IMG/VR virus record: IMGVR_UViG_3300009509_000001
Coordinates: 1-64,000 of that record
Strand: one strand, 5' to 3'
Length of the DNA stretch: 64,000 nucleotides
DNA from: a virus
Shown: positions 1 through 9,124 of the stretch, piece by piece
Numbering within the stretch: the stretch's first letter is position 1
How the letters are laid out: each line of letters opens with the position of its first letter
Notes under the pieces: generated by a model
Told to the model about the DNA's origin: nothing
Seen by the model: the letters and a program-made list of their open reading frames with translations, nothing else
Database searches by the model: none
Translations under genes and position numbers: made by a program

Positions 1-3000
1 TTTGGATATAAAGTTCCATCAACAGAAATCGTTACAGTATATTCTTCAAATAATGCAGGATCGCACCCATTACAAGCAACAGTCGCTGCCGGTGCCGCGC
101 TGCTTTCCGCGCCCTGCTCCGATGATGGCTCCTGGGCCGCGCTGGATGGCGGCTCCGCGCTGCTTGGTTCGCCGGCGCTGCTTATCGGCCACTGACACGC
201 CGTCGCAAAATCCGTCACTGCAGGCAATGAACTTATATCGTCTCTGCCCAGTACACAGCCGTCGCCTCCGAATGGGTCGGTATCGAACCACTGTGTCCAG
301 TCGTTGACCTCCGGTACCTCCGCTGGCCATTTAAGCGCATAATCGCCTAATATGGTTTCAGGCGTTCCAGGCGGATTTTCGTAGATGTCGGTGACTCCGA
401 GGAACTGGAACGGTGACGTTGTCGTGTCTATCACCTGGTTGGCCGAAAGATTATAACCTTCAAGCGTAGTTATGTCGGCAGGTCCGTCGTAGACGGTGGG
501 CGCCGTACCGTTGGTCACGTAATACAGATAGAACGAATAAGAGTAGCTGGTACCGTCGGCGTAACCGAGACCTGCGTTCAAACCGCCACCGTCAAGCGCT
601 ATATACCACTTGTTGTGCTCGCCCGTAAACCCGGCCTCGTTTCCGAAGTTCTCAACCCCGAATGGAGATGTCTGCCAGTCAATCGCTACACCGTTGGCCT
701 TACGGTCTGGTCCAAAGTCACCATCTTCCCCGATCCATGTCTGAATGCCGTACAGGTTGCCAGGGCCAGTTATCGGTCCGGCACTGCTGATTTCGCCAGG
801 GCTTGAAGGCTCCTGGGCCGCACTCGACGGCTCTTCGGCGCTGCTTGGTTCCTGGGCCGCGCTGGACGGTTCACCGGGGCTGCTGGCTTCACCAGGGCTT
901 GACGGTTCACCGGGGCTGCTGGCTTCACCAGGGCTTGACGGTTCACCGGGGCTGCTCGGAAGATCGCTGGATATTTCGTAGCATGGGCAATTAACCAGCT
1001 CGGAGACGTCTGGGCAATCCAGAACGCCATCGACTTCAAACGGGATAAAGGACTCGTTCGGATAGAACTGGCATATCGGCGGTGTGGATAACGGATCATA
1101 AGTCCATGTTATCGGTGGCGTGTTGGCCGTCCAGTTAGCCGTGATAAGCGCAAGTGTATCACAATTAGGGTTCCAGGAAAATGTGCCCGTACCGCAGTCA
1201 TAGTCTATGTACGGGCCGCCGTAGAAAAACAGACTCGTAATAACGCCCGCGTCGGCCCACTCGGGGAACGTTCCGTTCATGTCGGGTGCCGACGGCGCCG
1301 GACTGCCCTTTTCCGTAACGTAATAGAGCACACCATCATAGCTACCGTTGTAGTTCGTTACCCATGTGTTGTAGTTTGCCTGCGGCATTTCACCGTAGGA
1401 GATATTCAGCTGTTCCAACGTCTGCGTCTCGCCGACGGGGCCGGTCACGGTGAGTTCCATCACCTCGCAGGGATTCTGATTAGGGGCACAAAAGTCGATA
1501 CGATAGACGTCATACTCCTGCGGCCCGCTACTGATCTCCTGGGGGCTCGACGGCTCCTGGGCTGCGCTCGACGGCTCCTGGGCTGCGCTCGACGGCTCAC
1601 CGGGGCTACTGGCTTCGCCGGCATCCGAGGACACTGGGCACGGGCAGTCTACTAGATAAGCCGTGGGCAGCGGCTCGGCCAGGTCTCTGACTATGGCCTC
1701 CCCTTCACACGAGAACTCACCTGCATCACACGGACTCAGGTAGGTTTGCCTTTTCAGGAATGTTCGTATGGGCTGCCCGGACCCACCGGTACCTTCCTCA
1801 CACGACCAGTCGTAGTCGGAGGGGCTTTCGTCGACATCTGTACAATAGTAACTTGTGACCTGAGCGCCCTGGGAAGATTGCCATGTGCCGGCATCGCAAT
1901 CATACACATTACCGAAGTTGATAACGCACCATGTCGGCGCCGCGCTGGACGCCTCTTCCGCGCTGGACGGCTCCTGGGCCGCTGATGACGGCTCTTCCGC
2001 GCTCGACGGCTCCTGGGCCGCTGATGACGGCTCACCGGGACTGCTGGCTTCACCGGGACTTGATTCCTGCTGCTCGCTGCTCGCTGCGGCCTCGCTAGGC
2101 AATTCTGACGAGGGCTCTTCACTTGACGGGCATGGCTCCAATGACCAGTTGGACGGTTCCGGCGAAGGCTCGATCGAAGGAGGCTCCGAAGGAGGCACCT
2201 CAGACGGAGGTTCGACCGATGGCGGTTCTTCAGACGATGGGGCTGCCGATGGCGGCGGCACTTCGGACACGCCTGACGGAGTTTCAGAGACCTCAGAGGC
2301 CGCGGATTCAGCTGACACCTCAGAGGCCGGTGGCGGCTCTTCAGACGGGGGCGGGGGTTCGGCTGACGAGGGGGCTTCCGACGAGGCGCATGGTTCAAGT
2401 GACCAGTTCGACGGCACCTCTGAAGGCACCTCTGACGGCGGTGCTTCCGATGGTGGCGCTACGGATGGGGGTTCCTCGGACACGACGCTCGGTGGCGCTT
2501 CGGACACGGCTGAAGCTGCCTCAGACACAGCCTCGGATGGTGGCGCTTCGGACACGGCTGAAGCTGCCTCAGACACAGCCTCAGACGGCGCAGATGCCTC
2601 TGAAGCGGCCTCTGAAGCCTCGGACGGCGGCGGAACTTCTGAGGGTTCTTCCGACGATCCGGATGGGCATGGTTCAAGTGACCAGTTCGAGGGTTCGGCC
2701 GACGGCACTTCCGATGGAGGGGCCTCTGACGGCGGGGCCTCGGATGGAGGCACTTCAGGCGATGGCTCTGACTGCGGGGCTGCAGATGACGGTGCCTCCG
2801 ATACAACCTCTGACGGAGCCTCCGATACTACTGCCTCGGACACCTCGGATGCGGCCTCGGACACCTCCTCGGACGATGGGGATATGCTTGAAGGGGACTC
2901 GCTTGATAACGACGATGGCGATGACGATGATTCGCTTCCAGGCGATGACGAACTCGACGATTCACTCGAAGTACAGCAGCACTTCGGATTGGCGGCGATC

Positions 3001-3056
3001 AGGTTTCCGAACTTCGCCCGCCGGAGTATCGTTCCATTCCATTTGTAAATCGGCAT
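1..3056 (-). CDS. Large (>1018 aa, 3'-truncated by window edge) fibre/adhesin-like protein with S/E/P/A-rich linkers alternating with Cys-containing globular domains; not in the ORF track
   Basis: ATG at 3056 (MPIYKWNGTILRRAKFGNLIAANPKCCCTSSESSSS...). The same frame reads ...ACNGCDPALFEEYTVTISVDGTLYP at position 1-90. The segments I translated by hand (1-240, 1081-1200, 1681-1800, 3001-3056) had no stop. Missing from the track presumably because no stop codon falls inside the window. Confidence 0.8.
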   Translation of the reverse strand, partial: MPIYKWNGTILRRAKFGNLIAANPKCCCTSSESSSSSSPGSESSSSPSSLSSESPSSISPSSEEVSEAASEVSEAVVSEAPSEVVSEAPSSAAPQSEPSPEVPPSEAPPSEAPPSEVPSAEPSNWSLEPCPSGSSEEPSEVPPPSEASEAASEASAPSEAVSEAASAVSEAPPSEAVSEAASAVSEAPPSVVSEEPPSVAPPSEAPPSEVPSEVPSNWSLEPCASSEAPSSAEPPPPSEEPPPASEVSAESAASEVSETPSGVSEVPPPSAAPSSEEPPSVEPPSEVPPSEPPSIEPSPEPSNWSLEPCPSSEEPSSELPSEAAASSEQQESSPGEASSPGEPSSAAQEPSSAEEPSSAAQEPSSAEEASSAAPTWCVINFGNVYDCDAGTWQSSQGAQVTSYYCTDVDESPSDYDWSCEEGTGGSGQPIRTFLKRQTYLSPCDAGEFSCEGEAIVRDLAEPLPTAYLVDCPCPVSSDAGEASSPGEPSSAAQEPSSAAQEPSSPQEISSGPQEYDVYRIDFCAPNQNPCEVMELTVTGPVGETQTLEQLNISYGEMPQANYNTWVTNYNGSYDGVLYYVTEKGSPAPSAPDMNGTFPEWADAGVITSLFFYGGPYIDYDCGTGTFSWNPNCDTLALITANWTANTPPITWTYDPLSTPPICQFYPNESFIPFEVDGVLDCPDVSELVNCPCYEISSDLPSSPGEPSSPGEASSPGEPSSPGEASSPGEPSSAAQEPSSAEEPSSAAQEPSSPGEISSAGPITGPGNLYGIQTWIGEDGDFGPDRKANGVAIDWQTSPFGVENFGNEAGFTGEHNKWYIALDGGGLNAGLGYADGTSYSYSFYLYYVTNGTAPTVYDGPADITTLEGYNLSANQVIDTTTSPFQFLGVTDIYENPPGTPETILGDYALKWPAEVPEVNDWTQWFDTDPFGGDGCVLGRDDISSLPAVTDFATACQWPISSAGEPSSAEPPSSAAQEPSSEQGAESSAAPAATVACNGCDPALFEEYTVTISVDGTLYP
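865..956 (-). repeat. Coding tandem repeat, 36-nt unit x2.5 (SSPGEPSSPGEA)
   Basis: gacggttcaccggggctgctggcttcaccagggctt at 865-900 and 901-936, partial at 937-956; in frame in the 3056 ORF. Confidence 0.9.
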
Positions 3057-3067
3057 CGGTCATTGTC

Positions 3068-3868
3068 CTATTCGCAGTCTGTTGTAGTAAACACCGGCAG
3101 ATCGTCTTGTGTGCCAATACAGTTTACCCATATCTGCGTCTTCTGTTGCCATTGGTTCTCCTGGCTGTCCATGTAGACGTCAGTCACCACCCACAGCATT
3201 TCGCCCGGACATTCGCTTCCGGCACCCTCGGATGGAGCCTGTGACGGAGCCTGGGACTCTTCCGACGGAGCCTGGGACTCTTCGGATTCTTCAGATTGCT
3301 CTTCGCTGGACTGCTCTTCGCTGGACTGCTCTTCGCTGGACTGCTCACTGCTGTACTCGCTGCTGTACTCGCTGCTGTATTCGCTGCTCAAACTTGATGG
3401 TGACCCGTGTTCGCAACAGTTGTATCCGTCGCCAATGGCCAGGAACGGTATGATTATCGGATCCATATAACCGGGGCTGAATACGACCTGCTGAGTCGAT
3501 TCCGCTCCGATCGGAAAGTCCTGAGACCCCTGTTCGTTCGAATTGGGGTTGTACGGGTATATACACGCATAATTCAGATAACTGTCCAGGCCGGAACGCC
3601 GGAACGCATTGTAAAGATCCATAAAGATGCCGGCGTTGAGTGGATCGTAATGCGTATCGCAGGTATCGAGCTCGGCCTGCATCTGCGCGTCGTCCACCAG
3701 TCCCTCGAGATCCTCATACGGCACATCGGTGACCAGCTTGCGGGTTTCTTTCGGGAGGCATTCGAACTTGTTGTTCGTGTCGTCCATATCGTCGATGCAG
3801 GGGCGATCGATCCCTACGCAGGTGTAACCAGAGTAGCCGGCCCGGTCAGGTTTTATTCTGGTAGGCAT
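3068..3868 (-). CDS. Cys-rich tail-associated protein with SSEY/SSEEQ/SQAPSEE low-complexity linker (266 aa)
   Basis: ORF track; coupled to neighbours; same linker-plus-Cys architecture as the downstream giant ORF. Confidence 0.6.
   Translation of the reverse strand: MPTRIKPDRAGYSGYTCVGIDRPCIDDMDDTNNKFECLPKETRKLVTDVPYEDLEGLVDDAQMQAELDTCDTHYDPLNAGIFMDLYNAFRRSGLDSYLNYACIYPYNPNSNEQGSQDFPIGAESTQQVVFSPGYMDPIIIPFLAIGDGYNCCEHGSPSSLSSEYSSEYSSEYSSEQSSEEQSSEEQSSEEQSEESEESQAPSEESQAPSQAPSEGAGSECPGEMLWVVTDVYMDSQENQWQQKTQIWVNCIGTQDDLPVFTTTDCE
3243..3383 (-). repeat. Short coding tandem repeats (SQAPSEE x2, SSEEQ x3, SSEY x3)
   Basis: Visible 12-, 15- and 21-nt units inside the 266-aa ORF. Confidence 0.85.
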
Positions 3869-4707
3869 CAGTTGTTCCCCTGGTTTCGTATGATTATGTC
3901 GAGCTTGCCGACCGTCAAGGCGTCCAGGTAGACACTGTCGCCGGGCTCAACCGGAACGACGCCGGCCAGGTTTATCCCGTTGATCGAGCGGGCGCCAGCT
4001 TCGAAGTCTTCGTCGGTGTCGTCCCAGGGGGTCGTCGGTGGCAGGCCGAGGCCGAATCCGGCACCGCCGGTCAGCCGCAGGGTCTGCGTGTCTTCATCGT
4101 AAGTCACCTCACAGTTGTACCCGTCGTTGAGTACGACGGTTCCGCCTTCTGGTACGGTAACGACGAGCCCATCCGGCGGCAGTATCGCACGGTTGTTCGG
4201 ATCGGATTCGCGATATTCGTTGTAAAGGGATATTGCGGTCACTCGGCGTCTGCACGGGACGATGCGCCCCGGCTCAACGACTGCCGTCATCGGATAGGCT
4301 CCTTCTCCTGGTGGAGTCAGTTTACCATGGTCGATGACGATGACGCTACGCCCGTCGTCGCCGAGCACGGTCTGTATGCCGAGCGATGGATCGGGTGTGA
4401 ACACGAAATTGCGGCCAACGGCCACGAGAGCTCCGTCCGGTATGTCGATGCCCGTGTCGATGAGGTCGGCGTCGCTGGCCACGAACACGGCGATCGAGAG
4501 CGTTACCTGACCACTGATGTCCTGGAGGTAAGAATAGGCTTCGGCGCCGCCGCCGACGATGGTGGACGTCGGTATATAGACGATGAGCGCGTCATCGGGC
4601 GACACGTACAGCAGGCAGTCGAGTATGCCGGCCACCTTGTCGGCGTCCAGCGGCGGAACCGGATATACGAACGGATAATCGATCTGCGCTGATTTGAATC
4701 TGTCCAT
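3868..4707 (-). CDS. Baseplate/fibre adaptor paralogue (279 aa)
   Basis: N-terminal YPF motif and C-terminal RSINGIN motif shared with the 229/290/353/310-aa neighbours. Confidence 0.5.
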   Translation of the reverse strand: MDRFKSAQIDYPFVYPVPPLDADKVAGILDCLLYVSPDDALIVYIPTSTIVGGGAEAYSYLQDISGQVTLSIAVFVASDADLIDTGIDIPDGALVAVGRNFVFTPDPSLGIQTVLGDDGRSVIVIDHGKLTPPGEGAYPMTAVVEPGRIVPCRRRVTAISLYNEYRESDPNNRAILPPDGLVVTVPEGGTVVLNDGYNCEVTYDEDTQTLRLTGGAGFGLGLPPTTPWDDTDEDFEAGARSINGINLAGVVPVEPGDSVYLDALTVGKLDIIIRNQGNN

Positions 4708-5396
4708 TAGTTGAAATCCCTACTTTTACCGACTTTGATGCGGCTCGCGTCGGATTCGATGCGCAATGCGCTTTCGTCCGCGTAATTGGAAAACACGTGT
4801 GCCAGAAAATAATAGTGCTCGGCCGGTATGCCGTTTATGGTTCTGAGCGGCGTGCCCAGGTTGCCGTGCTCCCCGTAAAGGTTGACGTTGCCGTTCGGGT
4901 CGATGTGCAACCCGTTCGAGAACACGATCCGGACATGGTTCTGGAACGACGCGTCCTCGTTCCATACATTGAGGACGCCGGAAGGCGTGTAGAACCGGCA
5001 TACGTCACTCGCCAGTTCAGTCTCCTCTTCGCTGAACGTCAGGCGGCCGTTGAACAGGTCTCCCTTCATGTCGTCCATAAGCTGCGCGTCGTATACCAGC
5101 ATCCCGACGGAGCGCCCGAACTCGTCCTTGATTAGGGCGGTCTCGTCGCCCACGCCACATAGCGCCTGCCCGACGACAACGCGCCGGGTGTCGGATATGA
5201 TGACGCGGACGGCATCGCCCGGGGCGTCTTCGATGGTGCTTATGAAGAACGGTGCGCTGAACGTCGTCGGAACGTACAGAGATGCGTCAAGGAACAACGA
5301 GACCGGGAACCGGGTCTGAATGGACTCCGCCGACAGCGGGTACTTCTCCTCGGCCGATGCGTCTCTGAACTGTTCGTTGTACGTGTTGTTCGGCAT
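4707..5396 (-). CDS. Baseplate/fibre adaptor paralogue (229 aa)
   Basis: KYPL...LFLDASLYVP start and LRTINGIP motif. Confidence 0.5.
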   Translation of the reverse strand: MPNNTYNEQFRDASAEEKYPLSAESIQTRFPVSLFLDASLYVPTTFSAPFFISTIEDAPGDAVRVIISDTRRVVVGQALCGVGDETALIKDEFGRSVGMLVYDAQLMDDMKGDLFNGRLTFSEEETELASDVCRFYTPSGVLNVWNEDASFQNHVRIVFSNGLHIDPNGNVNLYGEHGNLGTPLRTINGIPAEHYYFLAHVFSNYADESALRIESDASRIKVGKSRDFN

Positions 5397-6235
5397 TAAT
5401 ATAGGCTCTTCAGCTTGTTGTTGATCTTCTTGCGCTTGGCCGTGATGTGCGCTTTAACTCCGTCGCTCTGGCGCGTTCCGGCTATGCCGTGGTGCGTATC
5501 GTCTCCGAATATATCGATAAGGATCGCAGTCACGTCGTCGTATTTGACATACTTCTCGCCGTCCGTCGTTTCGTCCACGGCCTTCAGGTTCTTGATACGC
5601 TTTTTGAGCATCTCGCCAACTTCGACCCCGGCTTCGACGCCCTTGTCGGTCCGCAAGAATACCCATAATATAACACCGATCGCCGACAGAGCGAAGATGC
5701 CGAGTATGAACCATATGATATTGGCAAAAAACCACATGGCCAGACCGCTGCTCATGGTGAGCGAAATGCCCAGAGCGCCGACCTCCCACTGGGTGAAGCC
5801 TGACTTTATGAATATGACGATGCCGACGGCGGTCATAAGTACGCCGATGGTGACGGCGATACGGCACATCCAGGTTATCCAGGCGTTGTCCTCGGCCTCA
5901 AGCTCCTTGATGCGTTCGTTGGCCTTCTCGAGCTGCTTTTCGGCATCCTCCTTGGACTCCGCCTCTTTCGCCAATATGTCTATATTGTTCTTCAGGTCTA
6001 CGTTGGCCTCCTTGATCTTGCCGGCCGACTGCTTGGAGTGATCCTCCTTGGAGCGGCGCTGAATGTTCGTGGCCTCTTTGTCGATGACCGCGGTCGACGA
6101 CTTCTGTTTGTCGGCCGCATCGCTCAGCTGCTCGACCGACGGTCCGCCGATGTCGGCGGTCTGGAAGCAGCTTACCATATAACCGGTCAACAACAGGCTG
6201 ACGGCCACGAGAAGGATCATCGTATTCAATTTCAT
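5396..6235 (-). CDS. Predicted lipoprotein with coiled coil and ~3 transmembrane helices (279 aa); possible spanin-like lysis protein
   Basis: MKLNTMILLVAVSLLLTGYMVSC lipobox-like N-terminus, charged heptad region, then hydrophobic segments (WMCRIAVTIGVLMTAVGIVIFI; VGALGISLTMSSGLAMWFFANIIWFILGIFALSAIGVILWVFL). SD AAGGAGA. Confidence 0.5.
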   Translation of the reverse strand: MKLNTMILLVAVSLLLTGYMVSCFQTADIGGPSVEQLSDAADKQKSSTAVIDKEATNIQRRSKEDHSKQSAGKIKEANVDLKNNIDILAKEAESKEDAEKQLEKANERIKELEAEDNAWITWMCRIAVTIGVLMTAVGIVIFIKSGFTQWEVGALGISLTMSSGLAMWFFANIIWFILGIFALSAIGVILWVFLRTDKGVEAGVEVGEMLKKRIKNLKAVDETTDGEKYVKYDDVTAILIDIFGDDTHHGIAGTRQSDGVKAHITAKRKKINNKLKSLY

Positions 6236-6245
6236 AGGTCTCTCC

Positions 6246-7118
6246 TTATGCGCACGGCGGCGCTTTCGGGCCGCACGGGGTTTCTTTTCCTTTGAACCGC
6301 TCGAGGATCTTGTCGAACGGAAGCGGGTATGGTTTGCCCTGGCCGCAATCGCTGAACTTCAGCTGCTCGAGCAGGTTGTCGATCTCACAGCCGGCGATTC
6401 CCTTCGACCAGAGTATGAAGCCCTGAACGTCCGGGTTGTCGCATGGTACGGCGATTATGCCGGCGCTCCCTGTGAGCCCGGCCTCGAGAAGAACGTTGAC
6501 GTCGATGTTTCCGTTCGCATCCGGAAGCGCGTCGCCGAAGACATAGATCGGTGGCAATGGATTCTCCACCAGGCTCCGGGTAAGCGTCGTGTCGTCGATG
6601 AGGCTGTCGTTGCGGAAAAGCACGAGAGCCGCAGCGATGCCGGTAGCCAGGTCTCTGCCCGGGTCGGCCTCGGTCGCGATGAAGCCGTCGCCCACGACCT
6701 GTAGCGATGCCGGCATTTCGTACTGGCGGCCGTTGACCTCAAGCGTGAATCCACCGGACGCCGGCTCGTTGGCTATAAGCGCCCGCGGATCGATCTCGAG
6801 TTCCTTGTCGGCCGCAAGCTCATACTCGCGCTGCACGCCAGGTCCGAAAATGATCCAGCCTTCACCCTCCTGGGCTTCGAACTGGTAGATCGTCCACGGC
6901 TGTGGGTTCTGTACGTAAACGTGCGCCACGGCCGCACTGGACGTCTCTATGGCCACGAACGCGAAATATTCGGTCACGCGCACGGACGTGACCCTGCAGT
7001 CGGCCTGGATAGCCGCGTCGACCGATAGCGCCATGTCGACCAGGAGGTCGCTCGGAACGCTGGGGTCGAGCTCCGCAAGCGGATATGGATTGTCGGTGTT
7101 GTTGAAATAGCCGCTCAT
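6246..7118 (-). CDS. Baseplate/fibre adaptor paralogue (~290 aa; start moved to ATG 7118)
   Basis: NPYPL...LLVDMALSV and LPDANGNIDV motifs; TAATG overlap with the upstream stop at 7118-7120. Confidence 0.5.
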   Translation of the reverse strand: MSGYFNNTDNPYPLAELDPSVPSDLLVDMALSVDAAIQADCRVTSVRVTEYFAFVAIETSSAAVAHVYVQNPQPWTIYQFEAQEGEGWIIFGPGVQREYELAADKELEIDPRALIANEPASGGFTLEVNGRQYEMPASLQVVGDGFIATEADPGRDLATGIAAALVLFRNDSLIDDTTLTRSLVENPLPPIYVFGDALPDANGNIDVNVLLEAGLTGSAGIIAVPCDNPDVQGFILWSKGIAGCEIDNLLEQLKFSDCGQGKPYPLPFDKILERFKGKETPCGPKAPPCA

Positions 7119-8179
7119 TATACACTCGCGCTCCTGGTTATGCACTGATCGCCAGGCTCATCGCTTCCTAGCGGTCCAAGCGTGAGATGCGTGTTGCACC
7201 ACTCTGATGTGACGGAGAACCCGCATACGGGTTCACTGGTGCGGACCGTGAGCTGGAAGAACGCGTAGTCCCGATAGCTCATTGGCGGATAGGTTATGAC
7301 CACGAGGTTTCCGAACACCTCCATCGTCACCGGAACTCCGATCGAATTCGTCAGACGCACGTCAACGATGCCCGATGCGCCGCACCAGCTTATGTTCAGT
7401 GTCAGCTTTTGAACGATCTCGGTAAGGTCGACGCAAGCCTTCAAATAGTAGCCCGTGTTGATGGCGAAATAGGTGTCGCTGCCTTTGATGACCTTCAGCG
7501 GTATGGTCTGATTGTGGACCAGGTAGTTCCAGTAATGGATGGTCGACTGGTACTGGCGGAACAACGCCAGCTCGCCACTCGGGATGTCCGTCTGGTCGTC
7601 GTACAGGTTTCGAGTGACGTCCCAGACCTGAAACTCCTCGATGCGGGACATGAGTACCTTGATGTCCTCGTAATCCTGGCAGTCGATGCAAGCCTGACAG
7701 ATGTCCAGTATGCGCAATACGCCGGTTTCGTCGAGAAGCGCGCCTTCACCGACGCTCTCGGAGCCGCCGCCGCCCCACCCGCCGGACGGGTATTCGGGTT
7801 CGCCGCTGCCGACGCCGCCGCCCCACACTCCCACCTGGCCGCACGCCGTTCCGTAGAAGTCGAAATTGTTGACGAAGTTGGCCCGCACGCCGTTGATCGC
7901 GCCGATATAGTAGGGCATCCCGCTGAATGTCATCGGCGTTCCGTCGTCGTCGATGAAGGTGCCGCCGTTGATGATGACTTCTAGTTTACGCCGGAACCGT
8001 TCGTCGGCCGTGGCATAGGCGTCGCCCGCATTGAGCGTGATCGAGTTGTCGTCGCGGGAATGTACGAGCTCGAAGCCGCTGCCGGCCAGGAGCTTGATCT
8101 TTCCGGACATGGTGGCCTTCTCGACCCCGTTGCGATCGACCACTTTTATGCTCTGTAATGCGTTTGCGTAAAATGTCAT
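7118..8179 (-). CDS. Baseplate/fibre adaptor paralogue with Cys cluster (353 aa)
   Basis: IGAINGV motif, DICQACIDC cluster. Confidence 0.5.
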   Translation of the reverse strand: MTFYANALQSIKVVDRNGVEKATMSGKIKLLAGSGFELVHSRDDNSITLNAGDAYATADERFRRKLEVIINGGTFIDDDGTPMTFSGMPYYIGAINGVRANFVNNFDFYGTACGQVGVWGGGVGSGEPEYPSGGWGGGGSESVGEGALLDETGVLRILDICQACIDCQDYEDIKVLMSRIEEFQVWDVTRNLYDDQTDIPSGELALFRQYQSTIHYWNYLVHNQTIPLKVIKGSDTYFAINTGYYLKACVDLTEIVQKLTLNISWCGASGIVDVRLTNSIGVPVTMEVFGNLVVITYPPMSYRDYAFFQLTVRTSEPVCGFSVTSEWCNTHLTLGPLGSDEPGDQCITRSASV

Positions 8180-9108
8180 TGCGACTCGAGCCCCACCATT
8201 CGTGCCTGCATCTGATTCAGGGTCAGACCGATACTCTGGTAGTACGACTCGAGAACTGCATAACGCAGGTTAAGCTGGCTGAGGACGCCGTAGACGTCCG
8301 TGAGCATGGATTTGTCGCAGCATGGCTGAGCGCAGGGATTTGCGATTGAAATACTGTTGGGACCGGTTACGATGTTGGTGCAGTCCTCCCCACCGACTGC
8401 GAAGTTTCCAGCCGCATCGGGCGCCTGGCCGTTGATGCTGACGATCGGCTCGCCGTAGCGGTTTACCAATTCGTCCAGCAAATCGTCGTCGCTGCCGATC
8501 AACACACTGGTGTCGACATCGTTGATGACGGCGTTGACCGTGATCGTGTTGGCGGTCAAATCGATGTCGAAGCTTACGTTGTCACCCTCTTTCAGGATCA
8601 TATTTCCGGTAAGCAGGTTGGAGCCCACCTGGATTGATTGAACACATGCCAGCCCCGCCATGACTCTGGCCGGGAAAATGTAGGCGTCCCCGGGATTGAA
8701 TTCGAAGACCCCGGTGGTTTTCACGATGTAGGCGGCTTCACCGATGACGACGGCGCCGGTCAGCATCTCGAAGTCCTTCTCGACGTCCTGGGTGACGGCG
8801 TTGATGTAATAAACGGAGTTCCTGGCGGCGTCGGCAGGTATGTTCCTGGCCCATCCGACAGTGAGGTCGGCGCCGTCGTCGTACCCAATCTCGATGTCGA
8901 CGAACAACCGCCGTACGACCAGGCTCTTTACGAAGAACTTCGTCGTATCGTATCCCGGCGGAACCGCCAGAATCATGTCTACCATGAAGTTCTGCGGTAT
9001 GCTGTAGCCACCGGTTACGTCTTTTCCGCTCGCCGCGTCAGTCAGCGGAAATTGCCGGTGTGTATTCTCATCGGCCCACTCGTTGAGGGGTGTGTAAGTG
9101 CCTGGCAT
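8176..9108 (-). CDS. Baseplate/fibre adaptor paralogue with C-terminal coiled coil (310 aa)
   Basis: EWADENTHRQFPL start, SINGQAPDAAGN fibre-type motif, NPCAQPCC followed by a heptad tail. Confidence 0.55.
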   Translation of the reverse strand: MPGTYTPLNEWADENTHRQFPLTDAASGKDVTGGYSIPQNFMVDMILAVPPGYDTTKFFVKSLVVRRLFVDIEIGYDDGADLTVGWARNIPADAARNSVYYINAVTQDVEKDFEMLTGAVVIGEAAYIVKTTGVFEFNPGDAYIFPARVMAGLACVQSIQVGSNLLTGNMILKEGDNVSFDIDLTANTITVNAVINDVDTSVLIGSDDDLLDELVNRYGEPIVSINGQAPDAAGNFAVGGEDCTNIVTGPNSISIANPCAQPCCDKSMLTDVYGVLSQLNLRYAVLESYYQSIGLTLNQMQARMVGLESQ

Positions 9109-9124
9109 TGGTCAAACCTTTGTG

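Noticed and set aside
865-956. 36-nt direct repeats resembling a CRISPR repeat length
   Set aside because: The units are contiguous with no spacers, are in-frame coding repeats, and no cas genes are present.
1885-3244. Plus-strand ORFs of 387 and 373 aa (D/G/S-rich)
   Set aside because: Antisense shadows of the repetitive minus-strand ORF starting at 3056; no SD, and opposite to every other gene.
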